Source of the DNA: Bacteroides sp.
Lineage (GTDB): Bacteria; Bacteroidota; Bacteroidia; Bacteroidales; Bacteroidaceae
Direction: 5' to 3'
Length of the DNA stretch: 64,000 nt
Assembly: GCA_021203515.1 (NCBI GenBank)
Contig: JAJQAY010000083.1
Span: 3,665 to 67,664 of the forward strand
Part shown: positions 18,801 through 28,652 of the stretch, piece after piece
How positions within the stretch are numbered: position 1 is the stretch's first letter
Layout of the letters: each line of letters starts with the position of its first letter
Position numbers and translations under genes: made by a program
The notes under the pieces: model-generated
Databases searched by the model: none
The model's input: only the letters and a program-made list of their open reading frames with translations
What the model was told of the DNA's origin: nothing

Positions 18801-20397
18801 CAATGCTTTCATTCCCGACCAAATGGTAACCTTTACCGGAGACCTCGATGGCGACATGCACATCTATGGAGAGATGGATAAGCCGAGAATGCGCGGTGAG
18901 ATTAAACTGGACAGCGTGTCGGTATATGCCCGCCAGGCAGGTGCACGCTATTGGTTCGACAATCGTCCGGTGCAGATTAAGGACAATGAGTTGCTGTTTA
19001 ACAAATTCTCTATCTATACCACCAGTAGGAATCCATTTAGGATTGACGGCAATGTGAATTTCCGCAATCTGGATCGCCCCACGGCCAACTTGACATTGCG
19101 CGCCAATAATTATACCTTACTGGATGCGCCGCGCACCCGCGAAAGCCTTGTTTATGGCAAGGTATTCGTGGATTTGAATGCAACGGTTCGCGGTCCGCTG
19201 GATGCATTGGTGATGCGTGGAAATATGAACCTGTTGGGTAATACGGACGTCACGTACGTACTGACCGACTCACCTTTGACGGTGGAAGACCGCCTCGACG
19301 GGCTGGTTACTTTTACTTCCTTCACTGACACCACATCGGTTCATGCCGATGATGCTCCCACCATGTCGCTTGGCGGCATGGACATGGTGATGTCCGTACA
19401 CATAGACGATGCCGTGCGCCTGCGTGCTGACCTCAGCCCCGACCGCAGCAAATTCATCGAACTGGAAGGCGGTGGTGACTTGAACATGCAATATACACCG
19501 CAGGGTGACATCAATCTTACGGGACGTTACACGCTTTCGGGTGGTGTCATGAAGTATTCACTTCCGATTATTCCGCTGAAAGAGTTCCAGATTAATAGTG
19601 GTAGTTATGTGGATTGGCGGGGTAATCCGATAAACCCGACGCTGAGCCTGAAAGCTACCGAGCGTGTGCGTGCTTCGGTAGCCGATGGTGACGACGGAGG
19701 TACGCGTATGGTGAACTTCGATGTTTCCATCGCCATCAAGAACCGCTTGGATGCTCCCGAACTTATCTTCGATATAACGGCTCCTGATGATGCCACCATT
19801 GAAAACGAGTTGCAGGCGATGGGTGCTGAAGAACGTAGCAAACAGGCGATTGCCATGCTGGCGACAGGAATGTATATGAACAGCGGTGTCAAAGGCGGCG
19901 GATTGTCAATGGGAGGCGCCCTGAACAGTGTGTTGCAAAGTCAGATTAATGCATTGGCAGGTTCGGCTTTGCAGAGCGTGAATGCTAACTTCACGCTAGG
20001 TGTAGAAGACCGTACGGCGGCAGAGACGGGCGACAAGCAGACGGATTACAGCTTCCGCTACTCGCAACGCCTCTTTAACGACCGCGTGCAGATAGTAATC
20101 GGTGGTAAGGTGACCACCGGTGCCAATGCGACGAATGATGCCGAGTCGTTCATCGACAATATCTCGCTCGAATACCGGTTGGATACATCGGGCACTCGCT
20201 ACGTACGTGCATTCTACGATAAGAACTACGAAAGCGTACTCGACGGGGAAATCACGGAAACCGGTGTCGGCCTTATTCTCCGTCGTAAGATGGACCGCTT
20301 GGGAGAACTCTTCATCTTTAAGAAAAAGAATAGGAGAGGGTCGGGACAAAATAGAAGAGGACAAGAAGAAAATAGAAGAAGACAAGAAGAAAAATGA
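15835..20397 (+). CDS. tamB: Translocation/assembly module protein TamB (DUF490 family)
   Basis: 1520 aa with an N-terminal TM anchor and a long beta-rich body. The conserved C-terminal block is SLEYRLD...RAFYDKNYESVLDGEITETGVGL. An Omp85 partner follows directly. Confidence 0.88.
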   Translation: MRRKWLRRVVWILLTPIFLFILLMILLYVSPVQNLLRKQVTAMASEATGMDISVERIDLRFPLNLLVRGVLVVQQPDTLLNLESLNVHVQAWPLLKGKVEVDDITIKNVAVNSAGLMDGMQIKGVLGQFFLESHGIDLGKEDAVLNRVELSDTHLQVLLADTTESPKDTTETALNWKVTLHTLGLKNVSVDLKMPLDSLSLSTRIGDAGLEDVNADLGRQCYGWRKFTLTGTTVNYDTGMAPPAEGFDASHIALRDIRIDIDSVMTCGRNMSAVIREFSMSDRSGLSITSLTGRLSADSTVIRIPYLQLLTPHSQVDLTAQTYWELVDIPTTGRLSARLNALIGKQDVLLFAGGLPESFKEAYPFRPLVIRAGTEGNLKQMQISRFTADLPGAFSLSGGGELWSLTDSLKRGAQLDFEMQTQDLNFLTGLTGDKPDGSIVVPDSMNLAARLGLDGSQCTATLKLEEGKGTLHLDAAYNLSTEAYHANLGIDALQLHHFLPKDSLYTLTANIAAKGKGTDIASHLTVADVEARLKELQYGRWNVSGVNMDAGLRASVTSLKLTSDNGLLKMQSTADLRLDRKYMDGKLDMNVEQVDLHKLGMAPKPLQHPFAFRLGAEARRDSIKLKLDAGDMDLQFRARSTLKKLLEQSDEFMAILTKQLEDRRLDHAALRRVLPSATMKLTAGRANPVSYFLQTKDVSFQDFNLRFGFTPRRGINGRTAIHGLHVDSLQLDTIFFAIKQDTARMVLQGGVINGPKNPQFVFRSTLTGEIHNEDAELTVDYVDGKGKTGILFGVNARPLVEGRNSRGNGILLNLTPAEPIIAYRKFRFVDKSNWIYLHKNMRVYANIDMDGGDGLCFRMQSDRSDSISLQNMNVELSRFRLGELSDVLPYMPRLSGLFSAEAQYIQTPTSLQVSAEANIDKLTYERQPVGNIGLGATWLPGDKEKHYLNTYFSYDKQEVMTADGVLMQTNGKDSLDITTTLEHFPMKIANAFIPDQMVTFTGDLDGDMHIYGEMDKPRMRGEIKLDSVSVYARQAGARYWFDNRPVQIKDNELLFNKFSIYTTSRNPFRIDGNVNFRNLDRPTANLTLRANNYTLLDAPRTRESLVYGKVFVDLNATVRGPLDALVMRGNMNLLGNTDVTYVLTDSPLTVEDRLDGLVTFTSFTDTTSVHADDAPTMSLGGMDMVMSVHIDDAVRLRADLSPDRSKFIELEGGGDLNMQYTPQGDINLTGRYTLSGGVMKYSLPIIPLKEFQINSGSYVDWRGNPINPTLSLKATERVRASVADGDDGGTRMVNFDVSIAIKNRLDAPELIFDITAPDDATIENELQAMGAEERSKQAIAMLATGMYMNSGVKGGGLSMGGALNSVLQSQINALAGSALQSVNANFTLGVEDRTAAETGDKQTDYSFRYSQRLFNDRVQIVIGGKVTTGANATNDAESFIDNISLEYRLDTSGTRYVRAFYDKNYESVLDGEITETGVGLILRRKMDRLGELFIFKKKNRRGSGQNRRGQEENRRRQEEK
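20348..20389. repeat. Tandem 21-bp duplication in the tamB 3' end
   Basis: AAAATAGAAGAGGACAAGAAG (20348-20368) and AAAATAGAAGAAGACAAGAAG (20369-20389), with 1 mismatch. It encodes the basic tail NRRGQEENRRRQEEK. Confidence 0.85.
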
Positions 20398-20398
20398 T

Positions 20399-22753
20399 AT
20401 GAGACGACTGATACTATATATAATAGGTATAATGTTGTTGGCGGGTTGTTCTACTACCAAACATCTGCCGGAAGGCGAGATACTCTACATTGGGCAGAAG
20501 CCGATGATTGTGGAGAACCGCAGCGAAACCCCGGTAGGCGAAACGGCTATGGAAGAAGTGGAAGCCGCCCTTGCTACTGCGCCCAACAACTCTTTGCTGG
20601 GTAGTTCGACAATGCGTATTCCTTTCCCCTTGGGATTGTGGATATACAATGGTTTCGTGAAATATGATAAAGGCTTAGGGAAGTGGATATTCAACGTTTT
20701 TGCGGCAAAGCCGGTGTTGATGTCGTCCGTCAATCCGGATATCCGGCAGAAAGCGGCGGCTAACTTGCTGCGCGACTATGGCTATTTCAATGGTACTGTT
20801 AGTTATAAGACTTTTATAGGCCCGAAAGACTCGCTGAAAGCCAAACTGCAATATACCGTGGATATGCGCAATCCTTATTTTATCGATACGGTCTACTATC
20901 GCGGTTTCAGCGAACGGACACTGCGTGTCATGAATATGAGTCGCCGCTCTTCGCTTATCAGCCCGGGAGAACAGTTCAATGTCGCCGACCTCGACGGGGA
21001 ACGTACCCGTCTCAGTACGCTGTTGCGCAATATCGGTTACTATTATTTCCGCCCGGACTATATGACGTATCAGGCAGATACTACGATGGTGCCCGGTGGG
21101 CACGTCACGATGCGCATGATACCTGCACCCGGCATGCCTGCCGTTGCCGAGAAGCCGTTCTATACCGGTAAAAGAGCTTTTTATCTTTACGGCAAACAGG
21201 GAGAGGCGCCCAACGACAGCATGGAATATAAGAACTTGCGCATCTACTATCATGATAAATTGCGGGTGCGTCCCAATATGCTTTATCGCTGGATAGGCTA
21301 TCAGAACTATCGCCAGAAACGTCAGGTGCAGGGCAGCACCGGTATGTCCCGTCGGCAAGCCATGCAGAACCTTTACAGTTACTATCGCCAGACGCGTGTG
21401 CAGGAACGCTTGGCTAATGTCGGCATCTTCCGTTATCTCGAAATGCAATATACGCCCCGCGACACGACGTTCGTTTGCGATACGCTCGATGTGAATTTCT
21501 ATGCCGCTCTCGACAAGCCTTATGATACGGAGTTGGACTTTAACGTAACGATGAAGAGCAATAACCAGACCGGACCGGGAGCATCTTTTACGGTCACAAA
21601 GAATAATGTATTCGGCGGCGGTGAGTCTTGGAACGTTAAGCTGAACGGCTCTTATGAGTGGCAGACCGGCAAGGATCGCTCTTCGCTGATGAATAGCTAT
21701 GAGTTCGGTGTTTCTACCTCACTTATGTTTCCGCGTGTCGTTTTCCCCCGCTTTGGCGATAGGGAATATGACTTTCCCGCAACTACGACTTTCCGTCTGT
21801 ATGCCGACCAGTTGAACCGTGCAAAGTATTATAAACTGTTGGCTTTCGGTGGAAATGCCACTTATGATTTCCAACCGAAGCGGACGAGTAAGCATAGCTT
21901 CACGCCTTTCAAACTGACTTTTAATGTACTCCGTAATCCTACGGAAGCCTTCAAGCAATTGCAGGCGGATAATCCGGCGCTCTACGTCAGCTTGCGCGAC
22001 CAGTTCATTCCTGTGATGGAATATACCTATACCTATGATAATGCTACCAAGCGCCGTATCCGTAATCCGATTTGGTGGCAGACTACGGTTAGCTCCGCCG
22101 GTAACCTCACATCTTGTATTTACGGTATCTTCGGAAGGTCTTTCGGTGAGAGAGACAAGAAATTGCTGGGAGTACCCTTCGCCCAATTCCTGAAAGTGAA
22201 TAGCGAGTTCCGTTATCATTATAAGATAGACAAGAACCAGATGATAGCATCGCGCATTGCCGGTGGAGTAGTATGGTCTTATGGAAATGCCATATCGGTT
22301 CCTTATACCGAACAGTTCTACATCGGTGGTGTCAACAGTGTGCGTGCTTTCTCGGCACGCAGCATCGGTCCCGGCGGCTGTATTCCCGACAAAGAGAGCA
22401 AGTACTCTTTCATCGATCACGTGGGCGACATTCGTATGGAAGCCAATGTGGAATATCGTTTCCGTATCATCGGCGACCTGCATGGAGCAGTGTTCCTGGA
22501 TGCCGGCAATGTGTGGTTGATGCGTAAGGATGAATCGCGTCCCGGCGGCGAACTGACAATGAGAGACTTTGCCAAGCAGATAGCTTTGGGCACGGGTGCT
22601 GGTTTGCGTTACGACATGGATTTTCTTGTTTTCCGTCTGGACTGCGGTGTTGGTTTGCACGACCCGTATGAAACCGGTAAATCGGGATATTATAATATTC
22701 CGAAGTTCAAGGACAGCCTGGCGCTACACTTTGCTATCGGTTATCCGTTCTAA
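20399..22753 (+). CDS. tamA: BamA/TamA family (Omp85) outer-membrane protein, lipoprotein form
   Basis: The ATG at 20399 lies 1 nt after the tamB TGA. Lipobox LLAGCS. C-terminal beta-barrel ending ...HFAIGYPF. The upstream part of ORF 20120-22753 overlaps tamB and is not credible. Confidence 0.85.
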   Translation: MRRLILYIIGIMLLAGCSTTKHLPEGEILYIGQKPMIVENRSETPVGETAMEEVEAALATAPNNSLLGSSTMRIPFPLGLWIYNGFVKYDKGLGKWIFNVFAAKPVLMSSVNPDIRQKAAANLLRDYGYFNGTVSYKTFIGPKDSLKAKLQYTVDMRNPYFIDTVYYRGFSERTLRVMNMSRRSSLISPGEQFNVADLDGERTRLSTLLRNIGYYYFRPDYMTYQADTTMVPGGHVTMRMIPAPGMPAVAEKPFYTGKRAFYLYGKQGEAPNDSMEYKNLRIYYHDKLRVRPNMLYRWIGYQNYRQKRQVQGSTGMSRRQAMQNLYSYYRQTRVQERLANVGIFRYLEMQYTPRDTTFVCDTLDVNFYAALDKPYDTELDFNVTMKSNNQTGPGASFTVTKNNVFGGGESWNVKLNGSYEWQTGKDRSSLMNSYEFGVSTSLMFPRVVFPRFGDREYDFPATTTFRLYADQLNRAKYYKLLAFGGNATYDFQPKRTSKHSFTPFKLTFNVLRNPTEAFKQLQADNPALYVSLRDQFIPVMEYTYTYDNATKRRIRNPIWWQTTVSSAGNLTSCIYGIFGRSFGERDKKLLGVPFAQFLKVNSEFRYHYKIDKNQMIASRIAGGVVWSYGNAISVPYTEQFYIGGVNSVRAFSARSIGPGGCIPDKESKYSFIDHVGDIRMEANVEYRFRIIGDLHGAVFLDAGNVWLMRKDESRPGGELTMRDFAKQIALGTGAGLRYDMDFLVFRLDCGVGLHDPYETGKSGYYNIPKFKDSLALHFAIGYPF

Positions 22754-22821
22754 ATGTACATTTTGACTAAATAGCGATAAAGAATGAACTAAAATTCGTC
22801 CATATCTGCTAGATTTTTTTG

Positions 22822-22829
22822 TACATTTG
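22822..22829 (+). promoter_or_regulatory. -7 box TACATTTG
   Basis: TAnnTTTG match 49 nt upstream of the ATG at 22878. Confidence 0.45.
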
Positions 22830-22877
22830 CCGATGTTATCAACCGTGATACACTAACCTTTTTAAATAATAACTGAT

Positions 22878-23789
22878 ATGAAACCAACTTTATTCTTATT
22901 GGCAGCCGGAATGGGCAGCCGTTATGGTGGCTTGAAACAACTGGACGGACTGGGTCCTAATGGCGAAACTATTATGGATTATTCCATTTATGATGCTATC
23001 AATGCCGGGTTTGGCAAGCTTGTTTTTGTTATCCGTAAAGACTTCGAACAGGATTTCCGTGATAAAATCATTTCCAAATATGAAGGCCATATCCCTTGCG
23101 AGCTGGTATTTCAGGAACTGAATGCTCTTCCCGAAGGGTTTACCTGTCCGGCAGACCGTACCAAACCTTGGGGAACGAACCATGCCGTAATGATGGGTGC
23201 CGATGTGATAAAGGAACCGTTTGCCGTTATCAACTGCGATGACTTTTATGGTCGCGACTCTTTCCAGACGATGGGTAAATTCTTGTCCGCACTTCCCGAA
23301 GGCTCTAAGAATGTATATTCAATGGTGGGCTTCCGTATCGGAAATACATTGAGTGATAGCGGTACGGTGTCTCGCGGGCTTTGCGGTACGGATGCAAACA
23401 ATCTGCTTACTTCCGTAGTGGAGCGTACCAAAATTCAGCGCATAGACGGTGAGGTGAAATACGTTGACGATAACGGAGAATGGACATCTACTCCTGAAAC
23501 GACTCCGGTCAGCATGAACTTCTGGGGCTTTACTCACGATTATTTCGCATATAGTAATGAGTTTTTCAAGACTTTCCTGAGCGACCCTAAGAACATGGAG
23601 AACCTGAAGAGCGAATTCTTCATTCCGTTGATGGTGGATAAATTGATTAATGACGGCACCGCTACTTGCGAAGTGCTTGATACCACCAGCAAATGGTTCG
23701 GTGTAACCTATCCGGAAGACCGCCAGAGTGTAGTCGATAAAATCCAGGCATTGGTAGATGCCGGTGAATACCCTGCTAAACTTTTCTAA
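22878..23789 (+). CDS. Sugar-phosphate nucleotidyltransferase (NTP-transferase fold)
   Basis: N-terminal loop LAAGMGSRYGGLKQL, typical of nucleotidyl transferases. 303 aa. Confidence 0.8.
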   Translation: MKPTLFLLAAGMGSRYGGLKQLDGLGPNGETIMDYSIYDAINAGFGKLVFVIRKDFEQDFRDKIISKYEGHIPCELVFQELNALPEGFTCPADRTKPWGTNHAVMMGADVIKEPFAVINCDDFYGRDSFQTMGKFLSALPEGSKNVYSMVGFRIGNTLSDSGTVSRGLCGTDANNLLTSVVERTKIQRIDGEVKYVDDNGEWTSTPETTPVSMNFWGFTHDYFAYSNEFFKTFLSDPKNMENLKSEFFIPLMVDKLINDGTATCEVLDTTSKWFGVTYPEDRQSVVDKIQALVDAGEYPAKLF

Positions 23790-23858
23790 GGGTATCCGAC
23801 ATTCAGAATATAACGAAGCATCTCCTCTCTTAATATAAAGAGAAGAGGCGCTTCTTCT

Positions 23859-24708
23859 TTATATATCTGCAGAGTTGCGGTACATCTGCGGCGTCATTCC
23901 TACATGGCGCTTAAAGAATTTGTTGAAGAAAGCTGCATTATTGAAACCTAAGGTCAATGCGATATCTTTCACCGGTGTATTGCTGGTGCGCAGTTGTGTT
24001 TTGGCATCAACGATGAGAGCATCGTTGATGATTTCCATAGCTGTACATCCTGCTTCTTTTTTTAACTATCCGGCAAAGGGCTGACGGAGTCGTTTGCATC
24101 TCTTTGGCATAGTATGACATTTGGTGTTGCCGGGTATAGTCGGCATGTACCAACCGTACAAAAAGTCGGTATTGCTGAAAATGTTTGCTACCGGGAGTTT
24201 CTTTTATTCTGGCATGTTCCGGGCAAAGCTCGGATATTCCTTGCAGCATAAGGTGTAATAAGTTTTCCAATACATTTGGGCTTATCTGTTGACTGACTGT
24301 TTTATACATATGCGCCAATACTGTGAACGTTCCCCGGTAGAGTTGGAAAGTAACCTTTGGCAATGGTAGAACAAAATGCTCTCCGATTATGTGGAATTTA
24401 TCCATCATGCTTTTGCCCATGAATGCATCGTGAATAAGTTGTTGGGAGAAGACTACCACATGTAGCCGGAGATCTTCGGATGCCATTGACAATTGAATGA
24501 ATGTTTCCGGTGGAATAACTATGAGGGTATTAGGACCAATCCGGTAATTGGTGAAATTTATCGTCAGTTTCAATCCTCCTTCTACGCAAAGAGCGAAAAC
24601 ACCGGTTGCCGTCTGATGCGATTGTGTCAGTTGTTGCCTCAATTCTTCGGCTGTAACGTTTTCATAAGCGATGAAGCTTTTACTGATACTGAATTTGGAT
24701 GTGCTCAT
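23859..24708 (-). pseudogene. AraC family transcriptional regulator, frameshifted in a T7/A7 run
   Basis: The N-terminal cupin-like part is ORF 24007-24708. The C-terminal HTH (PVKDIALTLGFNNAAFFNKFFKRHVGMTPQMYR) continues in another frame down to TAA at 23859-23861. The shift is at the homopolymer 24057-24063. Confidence 0.82.
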
Positions 24709-24928
24709 ATGTTGGATGTTTTACTATTGCAAAAATGGAAGATATTAGTGTATTATCGGGTGAAATAATAGTTAATAATCAGTCTTATCTATTCCTCTCC
24801 TCCGTTAAATAAGCTAAATATGTAAATAATGGAATATGTTTTGCCATAATAGGATGTTGATTTTTCTTCGTTCTTTTGCTATATAAGTGTTTTAGCCCGA
24901 CCTTTGCGCATCTCTTCAGATTGATACT

Positions 24929-26560
24929 ATGAATAGACATTGGCTTATGTGTTCCGGTACTTTTATGTGTTCTCCTTTTATAATAGGAATTATTCCTTCG
25001 CATACATTGATTATTGTTTTATTATTGATAATTATCATTGGATTGTTTGCTTATATTCTCCGTATGCGGGTGAGGTTGCACACGGAAGATGAAAAGTTGC
25101 TGAATACGGCTGCCGAACAGCTGTTTGACGTGTGGCCGGTTAGTGTTATTATCATAGATATAAAGGGACGTATCAATCGCGTCAATAATCAATTAATTGA
25201 GAAACTACAACTGGACAGGGCGGATTTGTTGGGGAAAGATATAACTTCCGTGCTGGAAGTCATATGTGATAAGGAAAACAGATTGCCTCACTTTTTTGCA
25301 GGAGATACAAGAAGGCAAGGAACGGGTCATATCACTCTCTGCCAATAGCTTTGTGTGCGAACCGAAACGGAGAATCAGCTTTCTGATAGAAGGTTCGCTG
25401 GTCGGCATTTATGAAGGTAACAATTATCGAGAATTATCCTTTATTACAGGAATGTGCTTGAAGAGCGCACACAGATGCGTTTGTTGAATATAGCCTTGAG
25501 TCGGATGCAAATATTCCAGTGGTCGCATGAGATGGACAGAGACTTGATGGTGATTGACCCACGATATTTTGAGTACTTAGGAATACCGACTAAGGATTAC
25601 ACGATGACTACCAAAGAATTTATGGGTTACCTGCATCCGGATGACGTAGATAATGTAATCGGTGCTTTGGCTTCCCAATTGGGAGGGAATCTGAATGAAA
25701 GCCTTATCCCCTATCGCTTGCGGCGGCAAGACGGCACTTGGGAATGGTTCGAGGTGCAATCTACCTATGTAGGGCAGTTGGCTGATGCGCCTTTCCGTGT
25801 GATTGGTATCTGCATGAGTACGCAGAAATACAAGGATACCGAAGCACGACTAAACGAAGCTTTACAGGAAGCGCAACGTAGCGACCAACTGAAAAGTATG
25901 TTCCTTGCTAACATGAGCCATAAAATTCGTACTCCGCTCAATGCAATCGTAGGTTTCTCCACTTTACTGGCTTCTGAAGAGGCAGAACTGAGCCGCGAGG
26001 AAATTAGCGAGTTTTCCAATTTGATTGAGAAGAATAGCGAGACACTGACGGTCTTAATTTCGGATATTCTCGATTTGTCGAAGATTGAGTCGAATACGAT
26101 GGAATTCAGTATACAGCATGTTTCCCTCAATAAGATTTTGGCTGATATCGGAAAGATACATAAGATGAATATGCCGGACGGGGTGGAAATGATATTGGAT
26201 ATGCCCGAACAGGAGCTTTGGATAGATACGGACCCGATGCGCCTGGGACAGGTGGTAAACAATCTGATAAACAATGCCGTGAAGTTTACCCATGAAGGGC
26301 ATATTTGCCTGGGCTACCATCAGAGCGGCTCGGAAACGATAGAACTGTTCCTGCGGGATACCGGCACGGGAATATCCGAAGAAGTATTATCGCATGTCTT
26401 CGAGCGTTTCTTTAAAGAAAATGCGTTTGTGCAAGGAACAGGGTTGGGATTGCCTATCTGCAAAAATATCGTAGAACATCTGAACGGCACTATCGGCGTT
26501 ACTTCCAAAGAGGGTGAAGGAACTTGCTTTACCGTGACCCTGCCCTTGGTCGCCTCCTGA
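24929..26560 (+). pseudogene. PAS-domain sensor histidine kinase, two frameshifts
   Basis: Fragments are 24929-25348, 25266-25487 and 25454-26560. H-box MSHKIRTPLNAIVGF, NNLINNAVKFT, DTGTGI, GTGLGLPICK. Shifts are at the T6 run 25292-25297 and near 25448-25456. Confidence 0.85.
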
Positions 26561-26602
26561 TATATTTATCCGCTTTCCTCACTATATCCGGCTGAAAATC
26601 GC

Positions 26603-26610
26603 TACCTTTG
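26603..26610 (+). promoter_or_regulatory. -7 box TACCTTTG
   Basis: TAnnTTTG match 22 nt upstream of the ATG at 26632. Confidence 0.45.
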
Positions 26611-26631
26611 CGGCCGTAAACGATTTAGATT

Positions 26632-28599
26632 ATGATATCAGTAGAAGGACTGAAGGTAGAATTCAATGCTACACCTTTGTTCGAAGACGTCTCTTACGTT
26701 ATCAATAAAAAGGACCGCATAGCCCTGGTGGGTAAGAATGGTGCGGGAAAATCTACCATGCTCAAGATATTGGCAGGATTGCAACAACCCACTTCCGGTG
26801 TTGTGGCTGTTCCCCGTGAATGCACTATCGGCTACCTGCCCCAAGTAATGATACTTAGTGACGAACGTACCGTGATGGAAGAGGCGGAGCTTGCTTTCGA
26901 CCATATCTTCGAAATGCAGGCGGACATCAAACGCATGAACCAACAGCTTGCCGAACGCTCCGATTACGATAGCGAAGACTACCAGAAACTTATCGACCGC
27001 TTTACCCACGAGAACGAACGCTTCCTGATGATGGGTGGCACGAACTATCGCGCCGAGATTGAACGTACCTTGCAAGGATTGGGTTTCAGCCGTGCCGACT
27101 TCGAACGTTCGACGAGCGAATTTTCCGGTGGATGGCGTATGCGTATCGAACTTGCCAAACTGCTGCTGCGTCGTCCCAATGTATTGTTGCTCGACGAACC
27201 TACCAACCACCTCGACATTGAGAGTATCCAATGGCTGGAGAACTTTCTCTCCACCCGCGCCAATGCAGTGGTGCTCGTCAGCCACGACCGCGCTTTCCTG
27301 AACAATGTCACCACCCGCACTATCGAAATTACCTGCGGACGCATCTACGATTATAAAGTAAAGTATGACGAGTTTGTTGTGTTGCGCAAAGAACGCCGCG
27401 AACAGCAACTCCGTGCCTACGAAAACCAGCAAAAGCAGATACAAGATACGGAAGACTTCATCGAGCGCTTCCGCTACAAAGCCACCAAAGCCGTGCAGGT
27501 GCAGAGCCGCATCAAGCAGTTGGAGAAGATAGAACGCATCGAAGTGGACGAAGAAGACAATTCGGCGTTGAGGCTGAAGTTCGTGTGTAGCAGTCGTAGC
27601 GGTAACTATCCCGTCATCTGCGAAGATGTGGGCAAGGCATACGGCGACCATGTCATTTTTCACGATGTGAACCTCACGATTAATCGTGGCGAGAAGGTGG
27701 CTTTCGTCGGCAAGAACGGTGAAGGTAAGTCAACCCTTGTCAAGTGCGTCATGGATGAAATTACGGATTATACCGGTAAGCTGACCTTGGGACACAATGT
27801 GCAAATCGGCTATTTCGCACAGAACCAGGCGCAACTGTTGGACGATAGCCTGACGGTGTTCAACACCATCGACCGGGTGGCGGTGGGCGACATCCGGACA
27901 AAGATACGCGACATTCTCGGAGCTTTCATGTTTGGCGGCGAGGCTTCGGACAAGAAGGTCAAAGTGCTGTCCGGCGGAGAGCGCACACATCTTGCCATGA
28001 TTAAGCTTCTGCTCGAACCGGTGAACTTCCTGATACTGGACGAACCGACCAATCACCTCGATATGCGCTCGAAGGATGTACTGAAAGATGCCATCCGCGA
28101 ATTTGACGGTACGGTGATAATTGTCAGCCACGACCGTGATTTCCTGGACGGACTTGCGACTAAAGTATATGAGTTCAGTGGCGGATTGGTGAAAGAACAC
28201 CTGGGCGGCATCTACGACTTCCTGCAAAAGAAGCAGATTGAAAGCCTGAACGAATTGCAGAAATCACCTGCACTTTCCGCTTTTCCTTCGGCCGGCAAAA
28301 ACACTTCCGCCAACGGTGCGGATGCTTCGCAGCCTTCACCTACAAAACTATCTTATGAGGAACAGAAGGAACTGAACAAGAAGTTGAAGAAGCTGGAACG
28401 CCGCGTGTCCGATTGCGAAGCCGAAATAGAACAGACGGAAGCCGCCATCGCCATTCTCGAAGCAAAGATGGCTACACCGGAAGGGTCTGCGGATATGTCT
28501 TTCTATGAGCAACACCAGAAGTTGAAGGCGCAACTGGATCGCGTCATGGAAGAGTGGGATACCGCTTCGACCGAACTGGAAGCGGCACGCAACACATAA
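26632..28599 (+). CDS. ABC-F family ATPase (two ABC domains, no TM domain, C-terminal coiled coil)
   Basis: Walker A GKNGAGKST and GKNGEGKST, signature motifs FSGGWRMR and LSGGERTH, charged C-terminal coiled-coil tail. 655 aa. Confidence 0.92.
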   Translation: MISVEGLKVEFNATPLFEDVSYVINKKDRIALVGKNGAGKSTMLKILAGLQQPTSGVVAVPRECTIGYLPQVMILSDERTVMEEAELAFDHIFEMQADIKRMNQQLAERSDYDSEDYQKLIDRFTHENERFLMMGGTNYRAEIERTLQGLGFSRADFERSTSEFSGGWRMRIELAKLLLRRPNVLLLDEPTNHLDIESIQWLENFLSTRANAVVLVSHDRAFLNNVTTRTIEITCGRIYDYKVKYDEFVVLRKERREQQLRAYENQQKQIQDTEDFIERFRYKATKAVQVQSRIKQLEKIERIEVDEEDNSALRLKFVCSSRSGNYPVICEDVGKAYGDHVIFHDVNLTINRGEKVAFVGKNGEGKSTLVKCVMDEITDYTGKLTLGHNVQIGYFAQNQAQLLDDSLTVFNTIDRVAVGDIRTKIRDILGAFMFGGEASDKKVKVLSGGERTHLAMIKLLLEPVNFLILDEPTNHLDMRSKDVLKDAIREFDGTVIIVSHDRDFLDGLATKVYEFSGGLVKEHLGGIYDFLQKKQIESLNELQKSPALSAFPSAGKNTSANGADASQPSPTKLSYEEQKELNKKLKKLERRVSDCEAEIEQTEAAIAILEAKMATPEGSADMSFYEQHQKLKAQLDRVMEEWDTASTELEAARNT

Positions 28600-28652
28600 G
28601 AACACACCTTTATGAGAGATAAAGAGAACAACTATTTTAATTTTATATAAGT

